DNA of 64,000 nt from Candidatus Poribacteria bacterium (GTDB lineage Bacteria > Poribacteria > WGA-4E > WGA-3G), in contig CAXXLX010000001.1 of NCBI GenBank assembly GCA_963665235.2, forward strand, positions 2,560,001 to 2,624,000, in the 5' to 3' direction. Numbering within the stretch: position 1 is the first letter of the stretch; each line of letters begins with the position of its first letter. Below, in pieces: positions 19,759-30,746 of the stretch. The notes below the pieces were generated by a model that saw only the letters and a program-made list of their open reading frames with translations, was not told where the DNA came from and searched no databases. A program made the translations under genes and the position numbers.

Positions 19759-20859
19759 ATGACACTAAAGAACCAATTCGATCAGAATATACCGTGGAAC
19801 GACATGCCCGAACTTCCACCCACATCGGAAATTGAATCGCGCAGCATACTTAAAGCGTGCATCTCCGCGGTGACTGAGCTGGCAAAGGTAAACGCCTTGG
19901 TCAGAATGTTGCCGAACGGGGAAGTTTTGGTTAACACCTTACCGCTTCAGGAAGCACGTATGAGTTCGGAAATCGAAAATATCGTTACCACAAACGATGA
20001 ACTGTACCGGGCTATGACCTCTGAAAACCTCCTACGGGTTTCACCGAGTGCCAAAGAGGTGCTGCGCTATCGAGAGGCATTATGGATGGGGGTAAATAGG
20101 CTAAATGATCAATCTACTTTGAATAGTGCTCTCTTTGAACAGATCTGTTCCTGTCTTTGTGATGCAAAAATGCCTATTCGTGAAGATGGGGTTGTAATCG
20201 TGAACAATATCACACAGCAGGTCATCTACACGCCGCCTAGGGGATACGAAAATATCGTCAGGTTGTTAACTAACCTTGAGCACTTCATCAATGACAAAGA
20301 TAACGGGTTCCACCCGCTCGTCAAAATGGCGGTCATGCATTATCAATTTGAAGCGATACATCCTTTCACAGATGGCAATGGGCGGACAGGCCGTATTCTC
20401 AATATCCTCTATCTGATACATCAAGGCCTGCTTGACGTACCAATCCTTTACCTCAGCCGTTTCTTTATCCAAAACCGGGTTGACTATTACCGTTGTCTGC
20501 GTGAGGTTACAGAAAACGGAAAATGGGAGCAGTGGATACTTTACGTGTTGGCAGCAGTGGAACAGACATCGAGAGACACCACACACACGATAGAGGTCAT
20601 TAAGACACTTATTGACAATGTAATTTCACAAGCGCAAGGTAAAACGAAAGCGGTTGAACGGGAAGGTTTTGTTAATTTGCTGTTCAGGTGGCCCTATTGC
20701 AAAATCGGCATCGTTGCAAGAGAATTGAAGTGCAGTCGTATTACTGCCACGAAATATCTGAACGAAATGACAGCCCTTGACGTGCTTGAACGCCAGAAGA
20801 TTGGACGAGAATTCTACTACATTAACAAAGGTTTTATGGAGTTGCTCTCAAATATGTGA
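19759..20859 (+). CDS. Fic family protein with Fic_N and C-terminal HTH
   Basis: SSEIEN, canonical HPFTDGNGRTGR. Confidence 0.92.
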   Translation: MTLKNQFDQNIPWNDMPELPPTSEIESRSILKACISAVTELAKVNALVRMLPNGEVLVNTLPLQEARMSSEIENIVTTNDELYRAMTSENLLRVSPSAKEVLRYREALWMGVNRLNDQSTLNSALFEQICSCLCDAKMPIREDGVVIVNNITQQVIYTPPRGYENIVRLLTNLEHFINDKDNGFHPLVKMAVMHYQFEAIHPFTDGNGRTGRILNILYLIHQGLLDVPILYLSRFFIQNRVDYYRCLREVTENGKWEQWILYVLAAVEQTSRDTTHTIEVIKTLIDNVISQAQGKTKAVEREGFVNLLFRWPYCKIGIVARELKCSRITATKYLNEMTALDVLERQKIGREFYYINKGFMELLSNM

Positions 20860-20890
20860 AGCGGAAGTTCTAGGAGCCGAGTATGTTCAC

Positions 20891-22192
20891 TTAATCTGTA
20901 CGTAACGCTTCAATTGGGGAAAGCGTAGAGGCTTTTATTGCAGGATATAAACCGAACGATATACCGATTGCCGCGGAAAACGATACCGAAATTAATACCC
21001 ACCGCATTGAGATAACCGCAGGCCATGCAGGAACGACTTTAGCAATTTTGACAGCGAGCAGTGCCATACCTTCCCCTGCAAGCATGCCCAAACCGACCCC
21101 GATTGCTCCGCCTATACTGCACATCACAATCGCCTCTATTAAAAATTGTAAAAGGATATCCAACCGTTTGGCACCGAGTGCTTTCCGTAGACCAATCTCA
21201 CGGGTGCGCTCTGTGACAGCGACGAGCATCATGTTCATGATGCCGATGCCACCAACGAGTAGCGAAAATCCGGCAATGCTGCCTAGGGCAATCTTTATCA
21301 CCTTGCTAATCTTCTCCAATTGCCCCACACTCTCCCGCATCTCAAAGATTCTGATAAAATCATCTTGGTTTCTGTGGCGTTCCCGTATGACAGCCTTTAC
21401 TTCCTCAATCGCCTTCGGTACATCCTCGACGGTATGTGCGTAAACGACAATATCCTGAATTCGCTTGTTGCCTGTAAAACGTTCCTGTGTCGTTGATATA
21501 GGCATAAAGACGAGGTTATCGAAGCTCCATCCGAATCGGAGGCTTCTGCCTCTAGGCACGAGGGTGCCGACGACGGTGAATCGTTCGGTTGTGCGTCTAC
21601 CGCCTCTTCTATCCCATCGGTCGTAATACCCGCCGCCTCTTGCGATTTTAATTTCTTGTCCTAGGGGGGATTTTTCGCCGAACAGTGCGGTGGCCACTTC
21701 ATCTCCAAGTACACAGACTCTCGCTGCGTCTGTGACATCTTCGTCTGTAATAAACCGTCCCTCTTGTATATCCCAATCCATTGCGGTTTGATATGTTGCA
21801 TCTACCCCGTTATAGCCAGCCCGGGTTTGTGCGCCGCCTATCGCTTCGATTAAGACCCCTTTCCAGTCCGGAATTCGTGGTGTGACTGCGCTAACAGATG
21901 GACATTTCGCTTCAATTGCCAATACGTCTTCGTATTCCATGAACTCATTGCTGCGGATGCGTACCCACCGGTGTCCTACCCGCTTGTACCAGGTGCGGTA
22001 GATAGTGAACTGGTTCGCGCCGCCCAATTTTTGTGCGTCTTGCAGCACAATGACCTTAGCCCCATCACCGATAGCTATCATTGCCAACACCGAGGCAACC
22101 CCGATAATTATACCGAGCATCGTCAGCAGGGAACGCAGTTTGTTCATCCGGATTGCGGATATTGCAACAGCTATTCCTTCAATTATACGCAT
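20891..22192 (-). CDS. MacB-like ABC transporter permease (close paralogue of 17242-18543)
   Basis: Near-identical C-terminal TM region to 17242-18543. Confidence 0.92.
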   Translation of the reverse strand: MRIIEGIAVAISAIRMNKLRSLLTMLGIIIGVASVLAMIAIGDGAKVIVLQDAQKLGGANQFTIYRTWYKRVGHRWVRIRSNEFMEYEDVLAIEAKCPSVSAVTPRIPDWKGVLIEAIGGAQTRAGYNGVDATYQTAMDWDIQEGRFITDEDVTDAARVCVLGDEVATALFGEKSPLGQEIKIARGGGYYDRWDRRGGRRTTERFTVVGTLVPRGRSLRFGWSFDNLVFMPISTTQERFTGNKRIQDIVVYAHTVEDVPKAIEEVKAVIRERHRNQDDFIRIFEMRESVGQLEKISKVIKIALGSIAGFSLLVGGIGIMNMMLVAVTERTREIGLRKALGAKRLDILLQFLIEAIVMCSIGGAIGVGLGMLAGEGMALLAVKIAKVVPAWPAVISMRWVLISVSFSAAIGISFGLYPAIKASTLSPIEALRTD

Positions 22193-22327
22193 CTCTCTTC
22201 CTCAATTTACAGATAAATTGATGTATTTAACGTAATTGTGGGAAATAGGTTTATTTTTAAAGATTTCGGATTGTTCGAAAAAAAAAGGCGGATATGAAAA
22301 ATCCGCCCGGTGGTAAAAATTGTGCTG

Positions 22328-23455
22328 TTATTCTGAGGGGGGATAAGCGGTGTCAAGGGCAAGAACAGCATAACAGGTTGCCAATATGGGCAGTGCTTCC
22401 ATCCAGCGACTTGTTTCATTGACCCAGAATCCTTCCGGTTTCTGCAATGTCATCAGTTTTTCAGCCAATTCCTGATACCAGTCGTGTGTGATGCCTTTTG
22501 CGTCCACAAGGGTTGTTTTGCCGTAGAACCGTAACGCCTTCGCCATTGTGTGATAGTTATAGTAGAGCCCCTGGCCTCCCATGCCGTAGTTCTCTTCCAG
22601 TGTGAAGTGCTTTTCTATCCACTTGATAGCGGCTTGGACGCGTGCGTCGTTTTTGTCGACATTTGCATAGATAAAGCTCAACAACCCGGCATAAGTCATA
22701 CTGGCATAAGAGCGGGGGCTGCCTGCTTCATCTTTTCCCGCTTTGCTTTCACCGTCTGGCGAATAGATAAACCCGCCATCGTTCCCTGCCCACGGCTGAT
22801 CATTACTTTCGCTGCGGTTTTGGGTGCGTTCAAGGAATTTAATCGCCTTGTTCCAAACCTCTTGGTCATCGGAGCCGCTCTCCTTTAGTGCTTGGATAGC
22901 AAAGTTCAAGTTAGAGAGGTCATTTACAGTTTCACGACTGCCGTAACCGATACCGCCATAGTAAACGCTCTCCTCATCTTGGATCTGCAACCCCTTCAGA
23001 AAGGCTTGCGCCTTTTCAATTATTTTAGCATACTTCGGATTTCCCGTTGATGCAAGTGCCATTACGGAGATAGAGGTGTTGTAATTCGGCAGTGCTGGTT
23101 GCTTGTTCACGTCATAGATACCCCCGTTCGGTTGCTGCATCTTAACTAATTGCTGAATCGCTTTTTGGAGGAACGGGTGTGTTGCTTCCGTGTATTTTTT
23201 CTGCGGGTGCCGCAAAAAAGCGGTAACGGCGAGAGCTGTTATCCCAGGGTGGTCAGCGAACAGCCCATCTTCGGCTTGTTGCGTTTTCATCCATGCCAAT
23301 GCCTTGTCAATACTTGCAATGACTTTCAGGTTTAATTCATGATATTTCGCTGAATCTGCGTCAGGTTGAACTGTTGGGGCTGCCTCAATGTGCATTGCGG
23401 CACTGACGAGGAGTAGTATCACTAGGAGCCCAACCATATTTTTCATTTTCATTTT
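22328..23455 (-). CDS. Secreted prenyltransferase/squalene oxidase repeat protein
   Basis: Signal peptide; QAEDG, QQPNGG, GGIGYG, DLSN, DGGFIY, QKPEGFW repeats; start uncertain. Confidence 0.8.
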   Translation of the reverse strand, partial: KMKMKNMVGLLVILLLVSAAMHIEAAPTVQPDADSAKYHELNLKVIASIDKALAWMKTQQAEDGLFADHPGITALAVTAFLRHPQKKYTEATHPFLQKAIQQLVKMQQPNGGIYDVNKQPALPNYNTSISVMALASTGNPKYAKIIEKAQAFLKGLQIQDEESVYYGGIGYGSRETVNDLSNLNFAIQALKESGSDDQEVWNKAIKFLERTQNRSESNDQPWAGNDGGFIYSPDGESKAGKDEAGSPRSYASMTYAGLLSFIYANVDKNDARVQAAIKWIEKHFTLEENYGMGGQGLYYNYHTMAKALRFYGKTTLVDAKGITHDWYQELAEKLMTLQKPEGFWVNETSRWMEALPILATCYAVLALDTAYPPSE

Positions 23456-23767
23456 CATTCTCCATTTTTCTGTAAATGTTGACGTGTCGGGTTTTACTTC
23501 GTTCACCCCGACCTACAGACGCGCCTCAGTAAGCGCGAATAGGCCTATTTTTGTTTGGGCTCATGTAAAGAATAAGTGCAGAAGAATTTAACCCGTGTGG
23601 CCATTGCGTTTACCTAGAACAATCGCACACACACTTTGATAACATGAGCCTTTGTTTGTATTATAGCAAATTTTATGCCAATTATCCAGCAGATGCTGCT
23701 AGGGGTTTCCCGCTTAGGGGCACCTGTGTTCGAAGGCAGATGCCGCTATTTAAGAGATAAATGGGAC

Positions 23768-23931
23768 TGTCCAGAATTTGAACAGTCCGCAGCGTTAAAT
23801 TGACAAGAAGTGGGGAGATAAACGTTATGTGTCTTTCGCTCGACCCTTTTATAGACAAGGCGCGTGGCACTTGCGGAATGTTGGATATGCAACTGTCCAA
23901 AAAATGAACAGCACTGTTCAGAATCTGGACA
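23768..23931. mobile_element. Small element bounded by ~20-bp imperfect inverted repeats
   Basis: CTGTCCAGAATTTGAACAGT ... ACTGTTCAGAATCTGGACAG. Confidence 0.5.
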
Positions 23932-23947
23932 GTTAGGCAGCATGAAA

Positions 23948-24431
23948 TTGACATACTCTCCCAGCTAAAGCAAGGGAGATTCTTAGAAAGAGTTCCGCTA
24001 CGCGTTAGCTATTGGATTGTGGTTTTCAGACGTGTGAACGTCAACGGGAATGCTTGAGCTGTTCAAGTCTTACTATCCCTAACTCAAAGGACAATGCCCT
24101 GCCCTCGTGCTTTCGCACCTTAAAAGAAGACTTGTGAATCAGTGCTTGGGTATCCAATGCAGCATTACCCGTCTTTTGGATACCGAAAGCATTGCACAAA
24201 ATGTGGATATTGACTGGGTATCGCCAGAACATCAGCACACAACCCTACCACAGGTTGAGGTTCGGAACTTCAACATTGTAAGAAGCGAGTTGAAGGTGGT
24301 AATCCGAACCACTGATGATACTTAATTATACTACAGTTTCGACCAAAAGTCAAGTTAAAATTTTAGCTCATGCGACTTTTCCGCACTACATCCCCCAGCT
24401 AAAGCACGGGGGTTTTGTAGCGGGGGACTTG
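23948..24431 (-). mobile_element. ORF-less IS200/IS605-type element with internal promoter and structured RNA (copy A)
   Basis: Subterminal CCC..CTTTAGC..GGG hairpins at both ends, TTGACT-17-TATAAT (24353-24325), ends ...GAGTATGTCAA; homologue 43628-44101. Confidence 0.75.
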
Positions 24432-24525
24432 ATAAATGGTCGTTCCTTGCTAAAAAAAGTGAATTGTGATAGAGTTAACAGGACAATTGTTCCTAAAAAC
24501 TGGACTAAGAGGGAGGAAACAACTA

Positions 24526-25566
24526 ATGTTAAACTGGGGAGTTATTGGAGCAGGCGGTATTGCCTACGTATTTTGCAACGGGATGCGGTTTACGGATACA
24601 GGACAGATTTTTGCCGTTGCCAGCCGCACTGAATCGAAGGCGGATAGGTTCGCTAACGATTTTGAAGTTCCGCGCAAATACAACCGTTACGAAGACCTAT
24701 TAGCAGATGCGGACGTTGATGCAGTCTATATTGCAACGATTCATCCGTTTCACGCCGAGTGGGCAATAAAGGCTGCCGAAGCAAAGAAGCATATTTTAGT
24801 CGAGAAACCGATAAGTATGAATCATGCGGAAGCCGCGGCAATGGTTGCCGCAGCACGTGAAAACGATGTGTTTCTGATGGAAGCGTTTATGTATCGGTGC
24901 CATCCACAGATACAGCGAATGGTCGAATTAATACAGGCGGGTGAAATAGGTGAGGTTCGCTTCATTCGGGCGACGTTCGGTTTTCAAGCCAATTTCAACC
25001 CAGAAAGTCGGCTTTTCAATCGTGACATGGGGGGTGGTGGCATTCTAGATGTTGGCTGCTATACCGCGTCGATGTCCCGCAAAGTGGCGGGTGCCGCTGC
25101 GAATAAACTGTTTTTGAATCCGATTTCGGTAAAAGCAAACGGAAAAATCGGGCCTACAGGTGTAGACCATATCGCTGCGGCAACGCTCAAATTTGAGAAC
25201 GACATCGTTGCGGAAATAAGCACCGCTGTGGAATGTAATATCGGAAGTGGTGTCACTATCTTCGGGTCTGGCGGGACTATCACGATTCCAGCGCCGTGGG
25301 TGCCATCTTCGCGTTGCAGAGGGGCGCGGACTCCCCTGCCATTAGATACCACTTTTCCATCGAGCCAGATTGTGCTTCACTCCTATCAGCGCGGAGAAGC
25401 CGCCGAGATAACCGTTGAAGTGGACCGTGACCTTTTTACTTACGAAGCCGATATGGTCGCCAATCATATTGCTGACCGGCAAGCCCCGGCTATGTCCTGG
25501 GATGACACGTTGGGGAATATGCAGCTGTTAGACGCTTGGCGTGAAGAGATAGGCGTTGTTTATTGA
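24526..25566 (+). CDS. Gfo/Idh/MocA oxidoreductase
   Basis: WGVIGAGGIA, VEKP, EAFMYRCHP, GGGILDVGCY. Confidence 0.92.
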   Translation: MLNWGVIGAGGIAYVFCNGMRFTDTGQIFAVASRTESKADRFANDFEVPRKYNRYEDLLADADVDAVYIATIHPFHAEWAIKAAEAKKHILVEKPISMNHAEAAAMVAAARENDVFLMEAFMYRCHPQIQRMVELIQAGEIGEVRFIRATFGFQANFNPESRLFNRDMGGGGILDVGCYTASMSRKVAGAAANKLFLNPISVKANGKIGPTGVDHIAAATLKFENDIVAEISTAVECNIGSGVTIFGSGGTITIPAPWVPSSRCRGARTPLPLDTTFPSSQIVLHSYQRGEAAEITVEVDRDLFTYEADMVANHIADRQAPAMSWDDTLGNMQLLDAWREEIGVVY

Positions 25567-25578
25567 ATTAAGGAGAGG

Positions 25579-26364
25579 ATGAGAAGCACTATGTTAGCAA
25601 TCTGTTACGACCCGTATTCTGGAACATTAGGCAAATTTAGTCGTGCCGAGATTTTTGAACTTGTCGACGAAGCCGGTTACGAAGGCATCAACATTCCTGT
25701 GAATTCCGCTTTTCTTGGCGACCTTTCAGGTGTAGAAATAGCGGATGCGGTGAATCTCGCTGCGAAACACAATCTTGTTGCCCCGACAATCGGTTTTGGC
25801 AACCATATTTTGACAACCCCTACCCGAAAAGATGAGGCGTTACAGCATTTTGAGATTGTTCTTGATGTTGCACGCCAGTTTGATGCGGCGTTTATCGGGG
25901 TTTGGGTGAACCCCTCACAAGGCGTGTCACGCCAGGATGCCCTGGACGCGCTTGCGGATAACCTCTCTCAAATGATCCCAGCCTGTCAGGCGCACGACAT
26001 AAAAATTGCCCTTGAATTTGAGAAGGGATGCCCGCTTGATAACTATCGCGAAGGGGTTGAATTCATTGCGGATAGAGGTTTGGCGGTCTATTTGACGTGC
26101 GATACGTATCATCTTTTCAACGATGGGGCAGAGCCGCATACAGCAGCACTTGCGATGGAGACGTGTTTGGGTGATGTGCATGTATCCGGCAGCAATCGCG
26201 GTGAACCGGGGGGCGGGGTCTTCGATTTTAAGACGTTCGCGAAGGGCTTGAAGGCGATAGGTTTTTCGGGCCCGCTTGTCGTTCAATACAGGATGGAGGA
26301 TGTGGCGAGTATAAAACGGAGTTGCGAATTCACGCTGAAGTTTCGAGAGATGATACAGATGTAA
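25579..26364 (+). CDS. Sugar phosphate isomerase/epimerase
   Basis: ALE, DTYH, DVHVSGSNRGEPG. Confidence 0.8.
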   Translation: MRSTMLAICYDPYSGTLGKFSRAEIFELVDEAGYEGINIPVNSAFLGDLSGVEIADAVNLAAKHNLVAPTIGFGNHILTTPTRKDEALQHFEIVLDVARQFDAAFIGVWVNPSQGVSRQDALDALADNLSQMIPACQAHDIKIALEFEKGCPLDNYREGVEFIADRGLAVYLTCDTYHLFNDGAEPHTAALAMETCLGDVHVSGSNRGEPGGGVFDFKTFAKGLKAIGFSGPLVVQYRMEDVASIKRSCEFTLKFREMIQM

Positions 26365-26569
26365 CCGTGCTTTTGGCGTGTGTTGTCTGAATGCACGTCG
26401 CATTTGGGCGAGTACGCCGCAAATCGCGGATTATCGCGGATTTTAATCTGTGTATGCATCCCATCTCAAATCATAATGCCTAATTTATTCGCCAAAATTG
26501 CAAATTTTTCGTTTTTTTTGAAAAAATCGTAAAAAAATTTGACAAAAAATGCAATTTTGTGTATAATTA

Positions 26570-26915
26570 TTAAAGTGATAAAGTGAAAGTTTGGAAAATG
26601 TCTGACAGCTTCTGCTCGTTTTCTGGCACCCGGTCGCATCAGGGGTAGCAAACCGTGCTTACTTCGGTCTGATGCTATGCCTTCAAATACGGGCACCATT
26701 TGTTATAAATCGGGAGAGGTCTGATGTGCCGCCCGGACGCGGTAATAAATAATAGATGAATACATCTCCGTGCCTCTCAGCAAACGCACAAATACGGGCA
26801 CCATTTGTTATAAATCGGGAGAGGTCTGATGTGCCGCCCGGACGCGGTAATAAAAATAGATGAATACATCTCCGTGCCTCTCAGCAAACGCAGACACATC
26901 GTCCAAACTTTAGTC
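26570..26915 (+). ncRNA. Candidate structured ncRNA, family 2 copy 2 (internal ~105-bp duplication)
   Basis: Consensus TTGACA-17-TATAAT (26539-26567); closing stem 26586-95/26902-11. Confidence 0.55.
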
Positions 26916-27480
26916 CGATGTTATCAAATTCATGTTGGTTAGCACACGGTAAGGAAAATGCAACCTGTGCAATTTTCCGAACCATAAAGCAAATGCAGGT
27001 AAGAAAGATGCAGAAAATGCACCACAATTTTAGCATCCCAAAACCGATTTTAGCAGTGCCGTACAGCTACTGTGCCGGCAGTGCGAATCCTTGTCGTGCT
27101 TGCGTTTGTTCAGTGTTAGAAATTATTGTTAATATTGAATTAACAATAATCAAATTACCCCCCCCCGTGTTAACCATAAGTTAACTATTGTTATAAATTT
27201 AACAGTCCCCGCACTTATTGCGGGACTCTATTTGTGCTCGCGCGAGTTTCGTCTTGTACGAAATGTTTCGTCGCGGGCTTTTTTTGTTGCATTGGGTTTT
27301 GCCCAATGCTCGTTATTCTCTGCCGACTGCAAGACCCATGAGACAGATGTTGTATGCTATGTTTATCTGTGCCTATTTCAGATGGGTTTCCAGACGAAAC
27401 AAATGTCGTCAGAAGGCAATTTTTAGTTTAAATACTGTAGTAATATTTTTATTAAGGAGGGACCCAGAGTGGGAAAAAAA

Positions 27481-28380
27481 ATGGAATTATTTTCAGTCAT
27501 GTTCTGGAATGTAGAGAGGTTTGGTATACCTTCAGAAGAACGGTTAGATCAAGTTGCTAATCACATACAAGGCTTAAATCCAGATCTGCTTTGTCTTTGT
27601 GAGGTTCAAGATAAACCTACATTGAGAAGTTTGTTAATGGATAAATTCAGTTGAGTACGACTTTGCTATTACTGAGAGTTACCATTTGCAATGTCGAACT
27701 ACTTGTGCGGATGGAGGCGCTTGGCAAATTTGAGCACGGATCAAATTCTTTTTACCCAACGTCGACAATTTCAGTCAGGCAGCGAAAACCTGAGACCGGG
27801 CGCGCTCTGTAGTGTCAAGCTTAAAGATAAGTTTTTTCACTTTCTTTTCCTGCACACTGACTCCGGCAGGAAACTTCGAGAACTATTATAACCGTCAAAG
27901 CATGTTTAAGAAAATATGCAGGAGCTCAAGAGAGTTCTTGCATGACATCAGTGAAGACGGTGTGAGATTTGTCGTGATGAAGGAGACACTAAACACGATT
28001 GGACAGCAAGAATATAGGTCTGCGAATCCCGCCTTGCCATCTAAGCCAGATATTCAGCGGATGATGAACAAGCGGCATTGGGAGAAGATGCCGAAGCTAA
28101 GGGATGTGTATGCTAATTTCCTAGAACCCATGATAGGACGTGGAGATCCGATCCAGATAATCAGGAGGTCTATGAGTCAACATCTTGACCACGCGCTGGC
28201 GAACCCGTAATATTTCGTTTGCAAGTCCTTTGAAATTCCAGGAAAACTCGGAGCATGATTCCAATTGCCCTAAAACTCGTGTTAATGGTTGGAATGATTT
28301 GGATAAAGGGTTGTGAATAACGATTTTCATTATAACTGTGACAGGCGACCATTGTTCAAAATTCTTGACGGTGACCGTTA
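27481..28380 (+). pseudogene. Endonuclease/exonuclease/phosphatase (EEP) family, multiply frameshifted
   Basis: MFWNVE, PDLLCLCEV, FLHTDSG, LDH and GDHC motifs spread over several frames. Confidence 0.7.
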
Positions 28381-28405
28381 GATCTGTTACAACTGTCCAA
28401 TTTAT

Positions 28406-28582
28406 CAGGACAGACGCAAATTTAGCAAACGGTGGCAGACGTAGTAAGCACTGCCGCCAATATGGCGGGGAAACCCCGCCCTCTACGAGAACCGATAGTC
28501 TCGTAGGGGCGAGGTCCCCTCGCCCCGTTAACTCTCTAAATCCGATGATCGTAGGGACTTATCAACGCGCTGCATAAGTCCT
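28406..28582. mobile_element. CAGGACTTACGCA-type MITE (degenerate) with GTAGGGGCGAGG REP-like cargo
   Basis: Homologous to 42305-42419 and 54212-54322. Confidence 0.55.
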
Positions 28583-28602
28583 TAACAAACAAAGGAGATT
28601 TT

Positions 28603-29220
28603 ATGAAAAAATGTTTTCATCTCTTAGCAATAGTTATGCTTGTCACCTGCCTTGCAGTTGGCATCACGGGCTGCGACGAGCAGGTGCCAAATCAAATTGA
28701 CAACGTGGTTAATGGAGGCACCGATACACCATCCACTGAACCGGTGCCAGAACCCACTGAACCCGCTGAACCGGAACCCGAGCCCGAACCGGAACCCACT
28801 GAACCGGAACCGATTCAAGGCATGGTCGTCACAGCGGTGCCCGCACAGACAACGTCCCCCGCAGCCGGTCAACAGCTGCAGGTACGTATCGAGATTACCG
28901 GTGCCGCCGATGTCAGCGGTTATGATGTAACACTAATTTTCGACCCGACTGCCCTGCAATATGTTTCAAGCGCAAATGCGGATTATCTACCGGCAGGTGC
29001 ATTCGTAGCACCCGCGCAAGTTACGGAGAACAGTGTTTACCTAAGTGCGGTTTCACTCTCTGGCGCAGTAACCGAAGAAAGCGGCACACTTGCAACCATG
29101 ACGTTTGAGGTGCTGACCGCCAAAGCCTCCACGCTTACGTTGGGTGAAGTTGTCCTCACAGATGCAAATGGGCAAGCGTTAACGTTCACACCTGTAAATG
29201 GGCAGCTCAACGCACCTTAA
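28603..29220 (+). CDS. Lipoprotein with PE-rich linker and cohesin domain
   Basis: Lipobox ITGC, (PE)n linker, GYDVTLIFDPTALQY...GTLATMTFEV cohesin-like pattern. Confidence 0.8.
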   Translation: MKKCFHLLAIVMLVTCLAVGITGCDEQVPNQIDNVVNGGTDTPSTEPVPEPTEPAEPEPEPEPEPTEPEPIQGMVVTAVPAQTTSPAAGQQLQVRIEITGAADVSGYDVTLIFDPTALQYVSSANADYLPAGAFVAPAQVTENSVYLSAVSLSGAVTEESGTLATMTFEVLTAKASTLTLGEVVLTDANGQALTFTPVNGQLNAP

Positions 29221-29229
29221 GTATGGGTG

Positions 29230-30680
29230 TCTTCAGTCCAGTATGGACGCTATATTTATAGAAACCCGCGTGAACACCCTCTTGAACCCCGTAGGGGTGA
29301 TATGTGAACACATCAGTTTGGGCATCACAATATGTCGTTCCTATTTCTTCAGTCCCAGTATTCGGGCAAACGGTTTCCCGCTCCTCAGGGACGCTATGTT
29401 TATAGAAAAGCGTGTGAACATAGTCTTGAATCCCGTAGGGGTGATATGTGAACACATCAGTTTGTGCGTCACAATAGGTCGCTCCTATTTCTTCAGTCCC
29501 AGTATGGACGCTATATTTATAGAAAATCGCGTGAACACCCAGTCTTGAACCCCGTAGGGGTGATATGTGAACACATCAGTTTGGGCGTCACAATATGTCG
29601 TTCCTATTTCTTCAGTCCAGTATGGACGCTATATTTATAGAAAACACCGTGAACACCCTCTTGAACCCCGTAGGGGTGATATGTGAACACATCAGTTTGG
29701 GCATCACAACAGGTCGCTCCTATTTCTTCAGTCCCAGTATTCGGGCAAACGGTTTCCCGCTCCTCAGGGACGCTATATTTATAGAAAACGTGTGAACATA
29801 GTCTTGAACCCCGTAGGGGTGATATGTGAACACATCAGTTTGGGCATCACAACAGGTCGCTCCTATTTCTTCAGTCCAGTATGGACGCATTTATAGAAAA
29901 CATCGTGAACCTCGTCTTGAACCCCGTAGGGGTGATATGTGAACGCATTAGTTTGGGCATCACAATATGTCGTTCCTATTTCTTCAGTATATTTATAGAA
30001 AACATCGTGAACACCGTCTTGAACCCCGTAGGGGTGATATGTCAACGCATTAGTTTGGGCATCACAATATGTCGTTCCTATTTCTTCAGTCCAGTATGGA
30101 CGCTATATTTATAGAAAAGCGCGTGTTTCTTCAGTCCAGTATGGACGCTATATTTATAGAAAATCGTATGAACACCCTCTTGAACCCCGTAGGGGTGATA
30201 TGTCAACGCATTAGTTTGTGCATCACAATATGTCGCTCCTATTTCTTCAGTCCAGTATGGACGCTATATTTATAGAAAATCGCGTGTTTCTTCAGTCCAG
30301 TATGGACGCTATATTTATAGAAAAATCGTATGAACACCGTCTTGAACCCCGTAGGGGTGATATGTCAACGCATTAGTTTGGTTGGGCATCACAATATGTC
30401 GCTCCTCCCGTATGGACGCTATATTTATAGAAAATCGCGTGTTTCTTCAGTCCAGTATGGACGCTATATTTATAGAAAATCGTATGAACACCCTCTTGAA
30501 CCCCGTAGGGGTGATATGTGAACGCATTAGTTTGGGCATCACAATATGTCGCTCCTCCCGTATGGACGCTATATTTATAGAAAAGCGCGTGTTTCTTCAG
30601 TCCAGTATGGACGCTATATTTATAGAAAACATCGTGAACCTCGTCTTGAACCCCGTAGGGGTGATATGTCAACGCATTAG
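29230..30680. repeat. ~1.45-kb tandem array of composite REP-like units (11 x CTTGAAcCCCGTAGGGGTGATATGT plus TTCTTCAGTCCAGTATGGACGCTATATTTATAGAAAA modules)
   Basis: Counted directly; linker segments are homologous to each other rather than unique. Confidence 0.9.
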
Positions 30681-30746
30681 TCTGAAAGTTTATGCTACAC
30701 ATCGGGGTGATAAACCCCACCAACAACTAACGAAGGAGTTTCTTTC

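Noticed and set aside
26570-26915. c-di-GMP riboswitch, hammerhead ribozyme or 6S RNA
   Set aside because: Only partial words (GCAAAC, CTGATG) without the remaining consensus; the multibranch interior is unlike a simple 6S rod
26918-27514. Short ORFs of 64-98 aa
   Set aside because: No RBS or recognisable motifs; likely non-coding
29230-30680. Possible CRISPR array or repeat-protein ORFs
   Set aside because: Inter-repeat segments are homologous, not unique spacers; the short ORFs are translations of the repeat
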